64,000 bases of DNA. Source: Azolla caroliniana (Eukaryota > Plantae > Polypodiophyta). The stretch spans positions 21,165,945-21,229,944 of the forward strand of contig JBHGNT010000013.1 of the NCBI GenBank assembly GCA_043228905.1, written 5' to 3'. The position numbers and the translations under genes were made by a program. Positions 13,271 through 27,876 of this stretch are shown here, in pieces (the stretch's first letter is position 1; every line of letters starts with the position of its first letter). A model generated the notes under the pieces. That model ran no database searches, was not told where the DNA came from, and saw only the letters and a program-made list of their open reading frames with translations.

Positions 13271-14673
13271 AATGGAAGGGGTTTTGGTTTTGGAAAAATA
13301 AAGACTATTTATATTCATCATAAATCAATTCATTCAGCATACAAGTCACTTTATAACTAAATCCTTTCTAATACAACATTTAAAAACAAAGAGTCATGGG
13401 CATAAATCATAAAGTCAATGACATGGGCACACTTTGAATAAATTCGTAGGCGTATATTGATGCAATAGAAAATTGACACATTTTACTATGGTTGTGATTG
13501 AGACAACAATATATACCGTTATAATGACAATGGAAACAAATATATATATATATACAGACACAAAAATTTCATGGAGTGGCAAATCGTACCTTCAACCACA
13601 ACCATTGGTTGATCATAAGTGATGTAGTTATCTAGACAATGAAGAAAGAGAGCAAGGAAGTGATGGAGAAAGTTCTGACTACTTTGAGGGGTGGTAACAT
13701 CTTTTTCATTAGGTTATGTGTGTAAATGTAGTGATCAAAAGTCTATAATACTCATTACCTAATACTATTTAGAGTATTTATAACAATATTTACAAAATTT
13801 CCCAACAAAACCCTAACTTTTCTTGAATATTGAGATCACTTTTTTTATTCCCAAATTAATCCTATCTCTCCATTATAGAGGAAGATGAAGACGAACTAAT
13901 AGTATGTGAATGTATATGTGTATGTCCATTGGGAGAAACCTAAATACCATCAAAATGTGATCTATGCGATGGGTCAAGGCAATGATGAAGATGAAATTTA
14001 AATTTTGTCAAATGTTATGCCATTTGATAGTGTAGAGCAAGCATATACTCGTGGAGTGTTTTGAAGAATTAATGTTTTTGGACAAGACAAGTTCTATGCC
14101 AAAGTCTTAGGTATCGTATGGACGAGTTTACCTACATATAATATATTGGAGTCCTTGGGATGCTTCAACTAGCTCTTAGGGTTATTGTGAGCATGAGGCA
14201 AGCCTTCAGCGTCATTTCAAGGCCATTTCTTCTATTTTTATTGTTGGTGACTTTGTATGGACTAGTACCCATATGCTTAATTGTTTCTCCTACATTGTTT
14301 TTCACAACATTAAGTAGTGTAGTTGGCATAAAGTGTTGGTGGCAATCATTATTCAGTATTTCGCAATCTCATCATAATTAGGTGACCTTGGCCATTAATT
14401 CTTTATATCCCTGTTTTATTTATTAGAGAGAAAGAAAACCCAAGCTCCATAATGATCACTCCTTATATTTTGCAAGGACATCTAGCAAAGTAAACATATA
14501 GTGAGACTTGAGATGGGGGGTGCATTGGTTAATATAAGCACTCCGAGGATCGCACATCGTGGAGTGATGTGATGCGCAGAGAAGTGTGCCACTCACATAC
14601 AAGTCTTATATTTAAATCCCAGTACTCTCAGATTAGCTGTCCATCGGTCCAAAAAGCCAATAATTTATCAAAG

Positions 14674-14782
14674 TAATTTGGGGGAGGGGAGGGTTGACTT
14701 GGATACCAAGACAATTTTGGTGGACATAATTTGGGGAGGGGAGGGTTGACTTGGATACCAAGACAATTTTGGTGGACATAAT
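14674..14782 (+). repeat. ~53-bp tandem duplication in the gene 1 promoter
   Basis: TAATTTGGGG(G)AGGG(G)AGGGTTGACTTGGATACCAAGACAATTTTGGTGGACA about 2.5 copies. Confidence 0.85.
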
Positions 14783-14904
14783 TTGGGGAGGGGAGGGTTG
14801 ACCATATATATATATGGTGAGATTGGGAGTTTATATATATACATATATGACCTTACCACCATTACCATCAAGTTGGCATTAGCTTCAGAGGAATTCCAAG
14901 GAAC

Positions 14905-15225
14905 ATGATGAGGCTCCTCCACCTTCTACCTGCTCTTGCCATCTTCGTTACTTGCGTGAGCCCCATAATCTATGGTGTCTCGGCACAGTCGAGCGCGGCA
15001 ACGTGCACCACAAGCCTCCAAGCATTGCAAACGGCTTGCGGTAGTGACACGAGTACCACGACCACATGTTGCCCTGTCTATGAATTTCAAGTCAATGCCT
15101 ACTACGATTGCTATTGCAACCGTAACACCACTGCCCTCCTCGGACTTGCCACCCTCTGCTCCTTCACGCTTCCCCAGAATCTCACTTCATGCTTCCCATC
15201 AGGTAAGTATATGTATGTATGTATG

Positions 15226-15265
<40 letters not shown>

Positions 15266-15714
15266 AATCCTTTCATGAATCAAATAAATAGGCTAACTAT
15301 AGTAGCTTAATGCACCCCATGTATACACACTATAGTAGCTTCTTCTTCTTCTTCTTTTTTGTACTGATTGTGTATGTGCAGCCACACCACCGCCCCCATT
15401 ACGATCTCCACCCCCACCGCCAACGCCAACGCCACCACCTCCGTCTCCATCTCCGCCGCCAACAGCAACTTGCGCTGCGGCTTGGCAGGCTCTTCGTACT
15501 ACTTGCAATAATGGCACACTCACCCAATGTTGTAATCAGATCTCAAGCTCTATGATTAACACTCCAAGTTGCTATTGTGAGTTCACCAGTCTCAATGTTA
15601 CCACCTTCTATCGCCTTGTTGCCCCCGACGTATGTAACCTGGCTGTCCCTCCCACCGTTTCCACATGCATCGCTGGTACATATTGCCTCTTTCTCGATCA
15701 TGCATATATCTATA

Positions 15715-15766
<52 letters not shown>

Positions 15767-16150
15767 CATGAGCATGAGCATGAGCATGAGCATGAGCATG
15801 AGCAAATGGATATGGAGCTCATAATGCAATGGGGTCAGCCTCCCTTTGGCTTTCTTTCGTTGTTTTTAAATCGAAGCTACTTGTTTTTCTCAGGCTTCTC
15901 TCCTCCTCCACCATCGCCACTCACATCACCGCCTCCGCCTCCGCCTACTCCTCGCTCCCCGCCTCCACCATTGCCACTATCGCCTCCGCCGCCACGATCA
16001 TCACCACCTCCTCCACCAGTAAACACAACAATCTCGACTTCTCCGACTCCTCCTTCCCTCATTAATGGTGCTAATTTTCTACCCACATCCACACAAACCC
16101 CCCTCATCATGCTTCTAACTACACTACTCCTCGCCTTCTTCTTCATGTGA
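14905..16150 (+). CDS. Secreted tandem eight-cysteine-motif (nsLTP/LTPG-like) protein with extensin-like linkers and GPI-signal-like tail, copy 1; exons 14905-15202, 15382-15675, 15894-16150; 282 aa
   Basis: Signal peptide; two C-C-CC-CxC-C-C domains; SP4-6 tracts; hydrophobic C-terminus; GT-AG phase-1 introns join the exons in frame. Confidence 0.88.
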
Positions 16151-16179
16151 ACTCAGGCATTCCTCCACAGATGATTGAT

Positions 16180-16213
<34 letters not shown>

Positions 16214-17743
16214 CCACCATAATAATAACCTACTTATATATATTAATATAATATATGTATACATACCACACAAGAAAAACACCATCTGTACCATTTACAT
16301 TCCCAATAATGATCAAAATATGTATAACTGTGTGTGTGTCCCTAGTGAGAACCATATCACAATGTTTTTTTGTATTTAATTTTTGGGATCGCCCATAGGG
16401 ATGGAGTAATGATTTTTCTTTCACTTAGCTTGTGAGATATAATAACTTTAGTGCCCAATATTGTAGGCTTGGAAAATTTTGTTTCATATTCTTGGTCCGA
16501 GTGCTTTTAAGTCCGCTAATGAACTCGGCAGATACGGGGAGATGGGAACTAAGTTGATTAAAGTCTCAAAGTAATTTGGTCTGAGATTCATCTCTCCAAG
16601 ATTCCTCGGAAGATGGCAACCAAGTTATTAGAGTGTTGACACTCATGATTAAGACCACCTTGCTGGACACATGTAGCTTTAACTCAACGTCAATTTCCTT
16701 TTGAACAAACCACTCAAATACGCCAAATTTTGAGAATTTTGGAGTGTAGAATAGTACAAAAGAGAAATTGTCCATTTCTTTGCTTGCCACAAACCCCATG
16801 TGAATGTTTCAACAAGTCTCTTTTGTTCAGAGTGACACAAGAATACGATGTCCATATGTAGCGATCTAGGGACACCCACACTTGTGCATTTACAAGGCCC
16901 GATGTAATTACCCTTGTGATACAAGGTTTCCCAATGATTCGCAAGGCATATAATTACCCTTGTGATACACGTTTACACATATCATGCACATGGATTCTAA
17001 TTGTAATAAATCATGCGTAATGATACTAATTTTAGGATGAAATGCAAAATGAATTTTACCTCGTTGATTGAAACTGAATGAGAATATAGTGATATCAAGT
17101 CTCACAAACAAATACAAATAATATAAATTAGAAAAGAACATACACTACAATTGTTACGTTTCGAACCTTGCACTTTGACATAGAGACAAACCTTATGAAA
17201 AATTTGAGAGCTTGAAAGTTGACACAATTTGATAGATTAGGTTTATGTATGTGTGTATTGAAAGATCTACATCATGTATGTATGTATGCAGGTTGGTATG
17301 TACATGCGTATCAATAAAAATATTGCTTGCAACTTGAGAAAATCGTGTGATCAAGTATTGTAAGAATAAGTGTAGCTTCAAGATGTATTACATATGCATG
17401 TAGATACTATTGATTTTAGAAGCTTCCAGAAAGCTCCAGAAGCTTGTGCATGAAAATGAGTCTTTGCATGGAACTACATTTAGAGCCCACAAACATGTAT
17501 AAATACAAGGGTTCACCTTGGCCTTGGCCTTAGTCAAGGTGAATACGGAAGCATAATTCAGTTATTGTTCTCTTGTCTATTTTCTCTCTCTCTTTCTTGT
17601 TCTCTTGTCTGTGCCGTCTCTCTCTCTTAGTATTAAGCCTCGTCTACTTGTCAGTGACACTATGTAAATGTGAATGCTCTTTTTTTTGCTTTTTCTTTTT
17701 CCAAAACAAAAACTCCTTCCATTATTTATAAAACTTTACAAGA

Positions 17744-17947
17744 TTATAATGTATAAATCCCTGTAGGGATGCGATAGTTCCATCTTATGTGGATGCCCAT
17801 TGACTCAAGAAAGGGAGAGGATGACCATTGTTGGATGAAGGCTATTCGTTGTCTTTCAACTCCATCGGAGCCGCCCTTAAGGCCATCATATTGGCTCTTT
17901 AGAGAGGCTACAATTTCACTCCATATCTCTTGCAGGAGAATGCTCAT
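17744..17947 (-). pseudogene. LINE-like 3' fragment
   Basis: Similar to 12600-12730; followed by an A-rich tract on the minus strand. Confidence 0.4.
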
Positions 17948-20900
17948 TTTTCAATTCTTTGTAAATATGATGGATGAATTTTAAACTTAGTCTAATTAAT
18001 TTTCTTCTTATTACTGATTGTGTAGTGGGATGAAAGTTTTTGTCCAAATATGTGCATGATCTTATCATAGAATGGAATTATGAGAATAATGTGAATGCAC
18101 GCATTTTTTTATGGTTTGCATTATCTTGTATTGTGTATGTTCAAAGTCCTTACTATTTGCTTTACCTAACTTTACATTTTTCACACTTCTTGAATGTGTA
18201 GAATGCTCAAGACCAAACGGTTTGTGATATTCCAAACTATGAATTTAATGAACCACAAATATGACTATATAGTTAGAATAAGTATACCCATGATGAAAAG
18301 AATAGTAACACATGTCATGGTCAATGTATCAACATTTTGGATTTTTTGAGAGTAGAATCCTCGTGGTTGATCCTTACATTAACATGTACATCATTGTTGA
18401 ACTTTTCTTATTTTATTTCCAAAGAAATTAGATATCAAAGTGTATCCATTGATATCAAGATCGCAATTTAGACTCTATGTAAACATGATGGAACAAGAGA
18501 TAAACCTATACAATCCATGTTAATTGTTATATGGTAGGGCATCCTATTTTTATGTCACAATTTATCATGGTTAATGTACATGTTGATGTAGTCTTATTTG
18601 GGCCCATGACATATGTAATATTATATTTGCACCTGACTAAAGTTTCATGAAAATAAGGATTAGAATGCTAATGTAGTTGTTACATGTAAGAAGAGAACAC
18701 GAGTCTCCTAACCTAGATCAACATGCTAAAAAGAAAGAAAGAAAGAAAAAATTATCATTACTCTAAACATTATCATCGTTCTTCTTTGTTATGTTTTACC
18801 AAGTAGTAATAAAAAAGAGCTTTCCTTATAACCAAAAAACTTATAACTAGGTGTAGAGTTAGTCAATGTCAACCCATTTTCGATGGAATCATCAAAGTGG
18901 TAGAAAGGTAACTTTCTTTTGAATTTATCCTAGTATGTGAATGTACAATGGACTAACATTGGGAGGGTAAATAAGGGGGTCTCTAGATGAAAGAAACTAT
19001 TCATTGCAACTTGCTTTTAGGGGTTCGATTTCCCTAAGACTTAGTTTTATTTACTTTCTTTCTTTTTCCAAAACAAAACTACTTCCATTAGTTAAGGCAA
19101 TGTACATAGGATAATATATGACTCATATCTTATAGGCCAACTTGCATGTCGAAAAGAAAACAACATGTGTAAAGGAAACAACACAAAAACTCCAAAACAC
19201 CACATCAATCGATGAGCATAGCATTACTCGACCGCATATCGTCCACATGAGCCTCATACAGCCCGAATTTAGTATATACATCCTCCAATCTCTTCTCGTG
19301 GCGCCACCCATCTATATGTTAGGTACACTCGGAGGGAACGGCCACCAAATGCTTTATTATAATTTCCATACTCTCAACAAACTTCAAACAATTGTGATGG
19401 ATATTCAACATATGTTTTACCTCCCACGACTTCGCCTATGTTGCAAGAGAAGTGATATCTCCTTTAACACGATCTTCATTTGCCACATTGTCCCATACTC
19501 TCATTGTAGGTGCTCAATGATGTACTTTTTGTGTTCTTCGTCTTCATCCTTACATTAGGAACCAAGGACATTTATGCAATTGTAGGGAATATAATGAAAC
19601 ATTTATAAGATTTCATGAACATCTAGAGTGGGTCTCCATTTGAGGGAGGTATGACTCAACTAGGTCATTTAACCTCTTTTTAAAGAGAACCCCACCTCTT
19701 AAACAAATCACATTAAGATTACATTCAACCCCGAGAGAATCAACACATGAATGTGTAGAAGATGCAAGTGTGTGATCTTGCACCGTGTAGATCTAAGGTT
19801 GTGTGTGTTGTTGGTTGATTACGACATCTAACGCACCTTTCGTACCTCTGCAAAAATAAGGTAGGCCAAGAAATTATTGACCACTAAAATGTCAATAATA
19901 TTTACCTCAAAATACAAATCTTTCACCATCCTCACCTTCTAGCATTGGTCTAGTGCCATCATTACGTCAAGACTCAAGCCCTCTTACATGGAGCAACTAG
20001 AAATTAAGAACTCACATAAAGAAAAAATGCAATAAAGAATGTGTATGTGTATGTGTATTTCCAAACTCCAATTAAGAATTTGTTTAGAATGTCAATGGAT
20101 TGCCTAATTTCTCATTTCAATATGATTGACATGTTTTAAAATTACATATTCCTTGAAATTGTAATTTACATGTCATATCCAAATGTTAAATCTAAACATA
20201 AAGACAAGTTGAGATATTTTTGTGAATGCATCATTTGCTAAATGTTAGTGGATGCACCTAAACTAGTATGATACATGAACAAGGCTCCAAAATGTTTGTA
20301 ATGCATCCATATTTAGATTATAGTGGGTTGAATATCAATTGTTTCTTTTGGGCAAATTGATATTTGTTTCTAGTATAGCAACTAGACCACCCATAACACG
20401 TTGAAAAACTAAATCAATTCTCTTATTGACTAACCGGTTGTCAACTGTAAATGAAAATATGGCAATCTTATTTTCATAAAATGCTCCCCATCAATTTGAC
20501 CCGAGGATGTGAATGTGTATACTTCTAAGGTCCAATTGAAAGTTTTCAAATGTGGATAACTATGGTGCATTGAAATTGAAATATAAGGTTATTGGTTTTA
20601 AGTCTCCAACCATTACATTTGATGTTGCATTGGGCATAATAATTCTTTCCATTATTAAAAAAAAAAGGAAGTCTATGTACATCAACCATTTTGAGTCTTT
20701 TGAAAAGTATTTAAAGATTGACTTGTTTTGCAATGCATTAACTTATCCGAACCCAAGGATCTTCACCATTATTGTTATGTGTTATAAGCGAAGAAGAAAG
20801 ATATATAAAATGAAAATGTCAATTTATCAATTTTATAATAATAAATTTTATGAGTCTTAAGTTTCAACATTTCATATAAATATGATATTCTAAACTCAAA

Positions 20901-21031
20901 TTTAAAATATCTTTGCACATTAAAACCTATATTGCCAACCCATAGAACTTGTCAATAACCGATACGAGTGGTTATGCTTAAAATAATTGTATTTTTATCA
21001 TGATGGAACCTATTAGTGAATGCCAAAAGCA

Positions 21032-21068
<37 letters not shown>

Positions 21069-21626
21069 GCCTAATTTAGTTTTCCCGTAATATATTTTTG
21101 TTTCCAGAGATAAAATATAAACCATCAAAAGCATGTCGACAATTTTTAAAATAGCCTAAGAGATTTGTCCCTCTGAAAATATATTGTTGTACTTGAAATG
21201 TCAATAGATCGATACTATTAATATTCTATTCATCATAAATTAATCCATTTAGCATACAAGTCACTTTATATGACTTTTTAATACAAGGTTCAAAAACAAA
21301 GAGACATGGGTGAACCACCATAATATCATATAATCAACGACGTGGGCATACTTTGACTAAACATATTCATAGACATATTGATGGAATGGGAAATTGACAC
21401 AATGTACAATAGTTGTGATTGAGACAATGACATATATGGTTATTATGACAATGGAAGCAGAACATGTATACACACATAAAAGCATCATGAAGAGCGAAAC
21501 CGTACCTTCAACCATTGGTTGCTCATAAGTGATGTACATATAGACAATGAAGAAAGAGAGTAAGAAAGTGATGGAGAATGTCCAACCCAAAGTTTAGGTG
21601 GCACTACCATCTTTTTCATTTGCGTG

Positions 21627-21662
<36 letters not shown>

Positions 21663-21859
21663 GTTAGCGAGAAAAAGTCTACAATACTCATTACCCAATA
21701 CTATTTAGCATATTTTGGTTTAATTGAGGAGTTTATAAGGTATTCACATTATTTCCAAAAAAAACCCTAACACTTCCTAAATACTAAGACCACTTTTGTG
21801 GTTCCCAAAAGAATCCTATCTATCCATAATTATTGAGGAAGATGGAGACGAATTGATAG

Positions 21860-21900
<41 letters not shown>

Positions 21901-22895
21901 TCAATCAGAAAACCTAAACACCATCTAAATGTGATCTATGGGATGGGTCAAGGCAATGATGAAGATCAAATTTATGCCCTTAGATAGAGTAGAGCAAGCA
22001 TATGCTCCTGGAATGTTTCGAAGTATTAATGCAATGATGACACATTCTATGTTGGAGACATAGGTGTCATATAGGGTGAGTATATCCACGTATCTAGGAG
22101 TCCATTGGCTCCTAGGGTTTTTGAGAGCCTTCATAGTTGTTAAAGGCCATTTCTTCAATTTCAATTTTTATTTGTAAGGTAGTACACAATTGCTTCGTTG
22201 TTTCTCCTACATTGTTGTTCACAACATTTCCAAGTGTAGATACCATAAAACGTTTCGAGTAGTCATGATTTGGTACTCTTGCAATCTCATCATAATTAGG
22301 TGATCTTGGCCATTAATTATGTATATCCCTGTTTTATATATTAGAAGGAAAGAGAAACCAAGGTCAATGTTCAACCCTTACAGTTTGCAACGACATCAAT
22401 CTAGTGAAGAAAACATATAGCGAGAGACTTGAGACGGGGTGCATTGGTTAGTATATGCACTATGAGGATCTAAACGATGTTATAGGACGGAGTGACATGA
22501 TGCGGGCGGAACATGGGTGTACAAGTCTTTTTTTATTTTTTCCCCAAGAAACCCATTGCAAGTCTTATATTTAAACCCCAATAGTCTCTCATATAATTCA
22601 TTAGCTGTTCTTGGGAACAAAACAAAAAGCCAATAATTTATCAAAGTATGTAATGATAGGGGTAATTTGGATTGACTTGGGTGCCAATACATTTTTGTCT
22701 TGACATAATCGACCAAAAAAAAAGGTGAATTTGAGGCTGACTGCTACTAGCTGGGTCAGAACATGGATTAGAATCCCGCGTGTGTGTGTTTGTGTATGTA
22801 GTATGTACATACATACATATATGTAACCCTGACATTACCATTAAGTTGGCATTAGCTTCAAGAGGAATTCCAAAGAACAGAGCAAGACATTGATA

Positions 22896-24435
22896 ATGGT
22901 GATGATGATTAGGAGGCTCCTCCACCTTCACCTCCACCTCCTGCCTGCCCTTCTCTTCCTTACGGCCCTGAGCCCTGTAATCGATGGTGTCTTGGCGCAG
23001 TCGAGCGCGGCGACGTGCACCGCGAGCCTCCAAGCATTGGTAACGGCTTGCGATTCTAATAGTACCTTAGCCACATGTTGCCCTGTCTACCAAACTCAAG
23101 TCAATGCCTACCCGGACTGCTATTGCTCCGCTAATACCACTATCCTCATCCAACTGGCCACTGCTTGCTCCTTCACGCTTCCCCAGAATCTCACTTCATG
23201 CTTCCCACCAGGTACATATACATATACATAACATACATACATACATACATATATATATATATCAAACTAAAGCAGGGCACACACTATAGTAGCATAATGT
23301 TCCCCATTTATTCCATCCATATATATGTTCAAACGCCATGTATATTTAATTACATACAGCCTTATCTGCCTGGCTATGCGATTGGAATGGATGAATGGAT
23401 GCTTGTATATATTTTACTGCTACAGACATGAATGATATTTGCGTAATATATATATATATATGTCCACTTGCAGGATGCATCCCTCATTATCTATATCTAT
23501 ATATATATATATATTATGCATTCTTGATGTGAAGCCATAGGATTTGGAGAATCAAATTATGGTGACTGCATGTCTACTTAAATCTTAGTGATTGTATTAT
23601 TTGCAGCAACATCACCATCACAATCACCATCACCACCACCATTGTCACCATCACCACCCCCACCTTCACCTCTAACGTCTCCACCCCCAGCCCCAGCCCC
23701 AACATCTCCGCCTGCCTCCTCCAATTCTACTAACACTACTTGTGATGCGGCGTGGGAGGCTCTTGTTACGGCTTGCAATAATGGCACACTCACCCAATGT
23801 TGTAATCAGATCTCGATCTCTATGACTGACACTCCAAGTTGCTATTGTGAATTCGACCGTCTCAATGTCACTACCTTCTATAACCTGGTTGCTCCCAACA
23901 CATGTAACCTGCCTGTCCCTACCACCGTTTCCTCATGCCTCGCTGGTAAGCAAATCAAAACGAACCTTTCTTTGTTCATGACATATTAAGTTTGCCTAAG
24001 TTCACACCAAAATTCCATCCATCAATCACTCGCTCATTCCAGAGAAGTTTTAGGGTTTGCTTGTATGTGTATGTGTTGTGACTGCGTTGTTGTTCTGTAC
24101 GTCTTTTTTGTATGTTGTTTTAATGCGAAATCTAATTGTTTTGCTCAGCCTTGTCTCCTCCTCCTCCTCCTCCTCCTCCTCCTCCACCGCCGCGATCATC
24201 ACCACCGCCTCCGCCACCACGATCATCACCACCACCTCCTCCTCCTCCTATTACTACCACCCTCTCGCCGCCGCCTCCACCAGTAACCACAACTACCTCG
24301 TCTTCTCCGCCTCCTCCTCCCCAACAATCTAACACGCCCACCCTCATTAATGGTGCTAATTCTCTACCCACGGCCACACAAACACCCCTCATCATGCTTC
24401 TAACTACACTACTCCTCGCCTTCTTCTTCATATGA
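22896..24435 (+). CDS. Tandem-8CM LTPG-like/extensin chimeric protein, copy 2; exons 22896-23211, 23607-23945, 24149-24435; ~313 aa
   Basis: Paralog of copy 1 with the same exon structure and longer Pro tracts (SP13); start could also be 22902 or 22905. Confidence 0.88.
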
Positions 24436-26089
24436 ACTTAGGCATTCCTCTACAGATGATGGATTGATTGATTGATGGATGATGATGATGATCCACCATA
24501 ATAAGAACCTACTCTATATATACATACCACATGTCAAGAAAAACACCATCTGTACCTAATACCTTGGCACTCTAATATCTCCCATAGCATTCCCAATAAT
24601 CATCAAAATACATGCACATGTGTGTTTTTGTGCCCCCCCCCCCCCCAAAAAAAAAAAAAAAATCACAATGTTTTTTTGTAAATTCAATTTGTGGCATTTT
24701 GCCCAAAGGGATGGAATAATGGATTTTCTTTTCCAATTAACATGTGATGTCTAATAGCTTCAGTCTCCAAATGTAGCTTCCCAAATTTTGTTTTGTATTC
24801 ATGGAATCTGAGTACATACTCCTCTTAAGTCCACTGCTGAATGTGGATACGATACGGAACTAAGTCGATGATTAAAACCTCGAAGTAATTTTGTCTAGGG
24901 TATTGGTTAGACTTCATCTCTCCAAGGTTCATCCCAAGATGTCAACAAGTTATTACATTGTTGACCTAATGATTTAAGACTACCTAGCCAGAACAACTCA
25001 AATACGCCAAATTTTGAGAAAATGTGGAGCGTAGAATACAAAAGAGGAATTGTGCATTTCTGCTTGGCACAAGCCCCACGTGAAAGCTTCAACAAGTCTC
25101 TCTGTTCACACACAAGAAGTCTTCAAACTCATATGGTGCGATCTAGTATCGTAAGAATATGGATGGCTTCAAGTTGGAAGGCATGCCAAAAATCAATCCT
25201 CGTCTAACTACATCTCATGTATGCATTCTTTGTGAGTACATGCATGAATTAATTATTACCTACATATACGTAGGTGGATACCATGTAAATGAGAAAGCTC
25301 ATTTTTGTATTACATGTAATTACGACCGATTAATTTCCTTCTTATGACCGATGGTGTGTTTGGGATAAAACTTTGTGTGGATGGAAGTATGACAATCATT
25401 AAATTGTAAGTATACGGTATACCCATGAATCATGATCAAAAGAATTATAGTCACACACGTCATTGTCTATGTATCAAATTTTTTGGATTCTGTGAGTTAA
25501 CGTGTCCATAATCTTGGCTTTTTTATTTTATTTTCGAAGACTTTACATGTCAAATGAATTGGTTGATATCAATGGAAATTTTCCACAATATTGTAATGTA
25601 GAGTCTTCGTAAGCAAGTGGAAACAAGAGATAAACATTTGCAATCGATGTTATTCTTCCTTATGTGGTAGGTTGTGCTATTTTTATATCACATTGTCTCA
25701 TGGTTTATGAACATGTTGGTGTAATATTATTTGGGCACATGATATATGTAACATTATGTTGGCACATGATTGAAGTTTCATAAAATGGCTTTGATGAGAA
25801 CTAAGTACGTAAACCACTAAATAAAAAGAGCTTTACTTTCATCATTTTTGGCTTGCAAATAGGGCAAGTTGATTAGTGTAGCGAGTATTTTTAGGAATTA
25901 CCCTTGTCTAGCTAGTTGATTAGTTCCTTTCATTTCTTTGATCCACTTGGTAGGAACCTATTCTAACAACTAAAGGGCTAATCAATTTTGTAAGTGCACT
26001 TGATAAAAGCATTTCCCATAGATGCTTTCAACCAATATTGCTATTAGTATTCAGACAAATTTGAGGATTTTATGTTTTTAGGTGAAGGC

Positions 26090-27150
26090 ATTGTAGTCGA
26101 AACAAGTAGAATTTTGGAAAGCTAGTGAAATTATCGAGGTATATTCACAAGACTTTCTTGAATGAAAAACCTTCAATGGATGTAGACAAATAGTAGGAGG
26201 ACATTAAATGGGGATATGAAGAGTCATTTGATTGCATGGCTCCAACTAAAACCAAACATTGTTGATTTCTTGTTGGTGGGAGCTTTGAAATGTGTTTACT
26301 AGATGGATTTGTCATCGGGGACTCTTCGTTGGGAACTCGAGAATACGATGGTCATGACAATAGAGGCATAGGATATTTTCTTGTGAATATCAACGGTGTG
26401 CATTAGTAAGAGGTTCAAAATGAGATTTGTTCAATCTCCATCGATATCCGGGTATCAGTTACCTTGGAAGGCGGTGAACTCAACGAGGCAGGTGAGGCTG
26501 ATATTGACGATGTGTATCGTTGGAAAGATCAAGAAACTTTTGTCCTTGCACTATTCTTTGTGAAGTTGAAAAAGTTTAATGCCACATAAAAGTATTTGTG
26601 AAATTGCTTGCAACAAGGGCGTGGACACTGAAAAGTTTAACAAAAGATTCTTGATTTCACTTTGGAGGCCTCGATGGAAGTGGCCGCACAAAGCTTAGTT
26701 GTCCCATTGAACATCACATGCAAGTTGCGGAAACTCGGAAGTCTTACCATTATGTAATGAATAGCCTGTGCTAGTGAGGGTAGTTCAATGTTGATCTGTA
26801 CTGTTGAATGTTTATTCATGCTCCATACTGGCATCAAAGTCTTGTCGAAGACGTGACAATATTTGAACTAGAGGTGCAAAGTAGGCCTATGCCTAGCCCG
26901 AGAGAAGAGTGACTATGAGACTGACTCGACAAAAATCATCATAATAGCCTTGGGGTTGTAGTCGGGTGCTAAGTTAGATCTCATTAATAAACCGTTGGTA
27001 TGACATCCTCATGCCCTCAAATTTGTCTAGTAGACTGACCTTAGGCTCCAAAACATTAGCTGCTGAAGAAACCACTAATGAAGTTTCATGAAGCTTTTGC
27101 AATTACTCCTAAAGACCTTGCAATTTCCATCACCTTGTTTGGGTTATCGG
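26090..27150 (-). pseudogene. Highly degenerate Ty3/Gypsy gag remnant
   Basis: Manual translation gives PEPKVSLLDKFEG...RFINEI...RVSLIVTLLSG, similar to the gag at 50577-50804. Confidence 0.5.
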
Positions 27151-27876
27151 TGAAGTCAAACATGATGAGGCTTAGGAAGGGGAAGCTGAACAATTTGTTG
27201 TGAATAGTTAGAGCGGAGCAAAAAGGAGACAAGGAATATGAGATAAAAGACAATATGTTAAAAGAAAAATAATTAACAGTACTTATAATTATGTGAATGT
27301 TGTTGTTCACCTTGATAGGGATCAAGATGAACAACTATATTTGTACATGTTCTAGAGAATTGCATGTAGGCAAAGAATATTTTGAAAATATGCATGCATC
27401 CTCTGCAATTTTCGAGGAATTTCTAGAATACCAAAATTATTCTAAATGAAGAAGTGTTTTCTTATAACCACATGATGTATTGAGATGCTCTATCTATAAT
27501 ATTTGGCGAAGACATGGGAGGTTGGGGGTTCGATTCATGTTTGTGAGACATGACTCCACAAGATCATCTAACCTCTGTTTGAACACAACTCCACTTTCAT
27601 CATGAATCACATCATGTTTCTCTCGAATATTGTATTAAATTCCAAGAGAATTAACACATAATTGTGTAGAAGTTGGTGGTCTGATTTACCAACTTGTATG
27701 TTTAAGGTCATGACAGAAGTCTATTGGTTACAACTTCTAGCATGCCTCTAGTAAGTGTTAACAAAAAGAAACACCATTTACAATTAAAAATTAAGAACTC
27801 GATTAAAGAAAGAATATTATATACTATGCACCAACTAGAATTTACGAAATGGGCATTATGGCCAGGCAAGGTGTCA

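Noticed and set aside
15293-24431. Gly-rich minus-strand ORFs (15293, 15877, 23578, 24132)
   Set aside because: Antisense shadows of the Pro-rich exons
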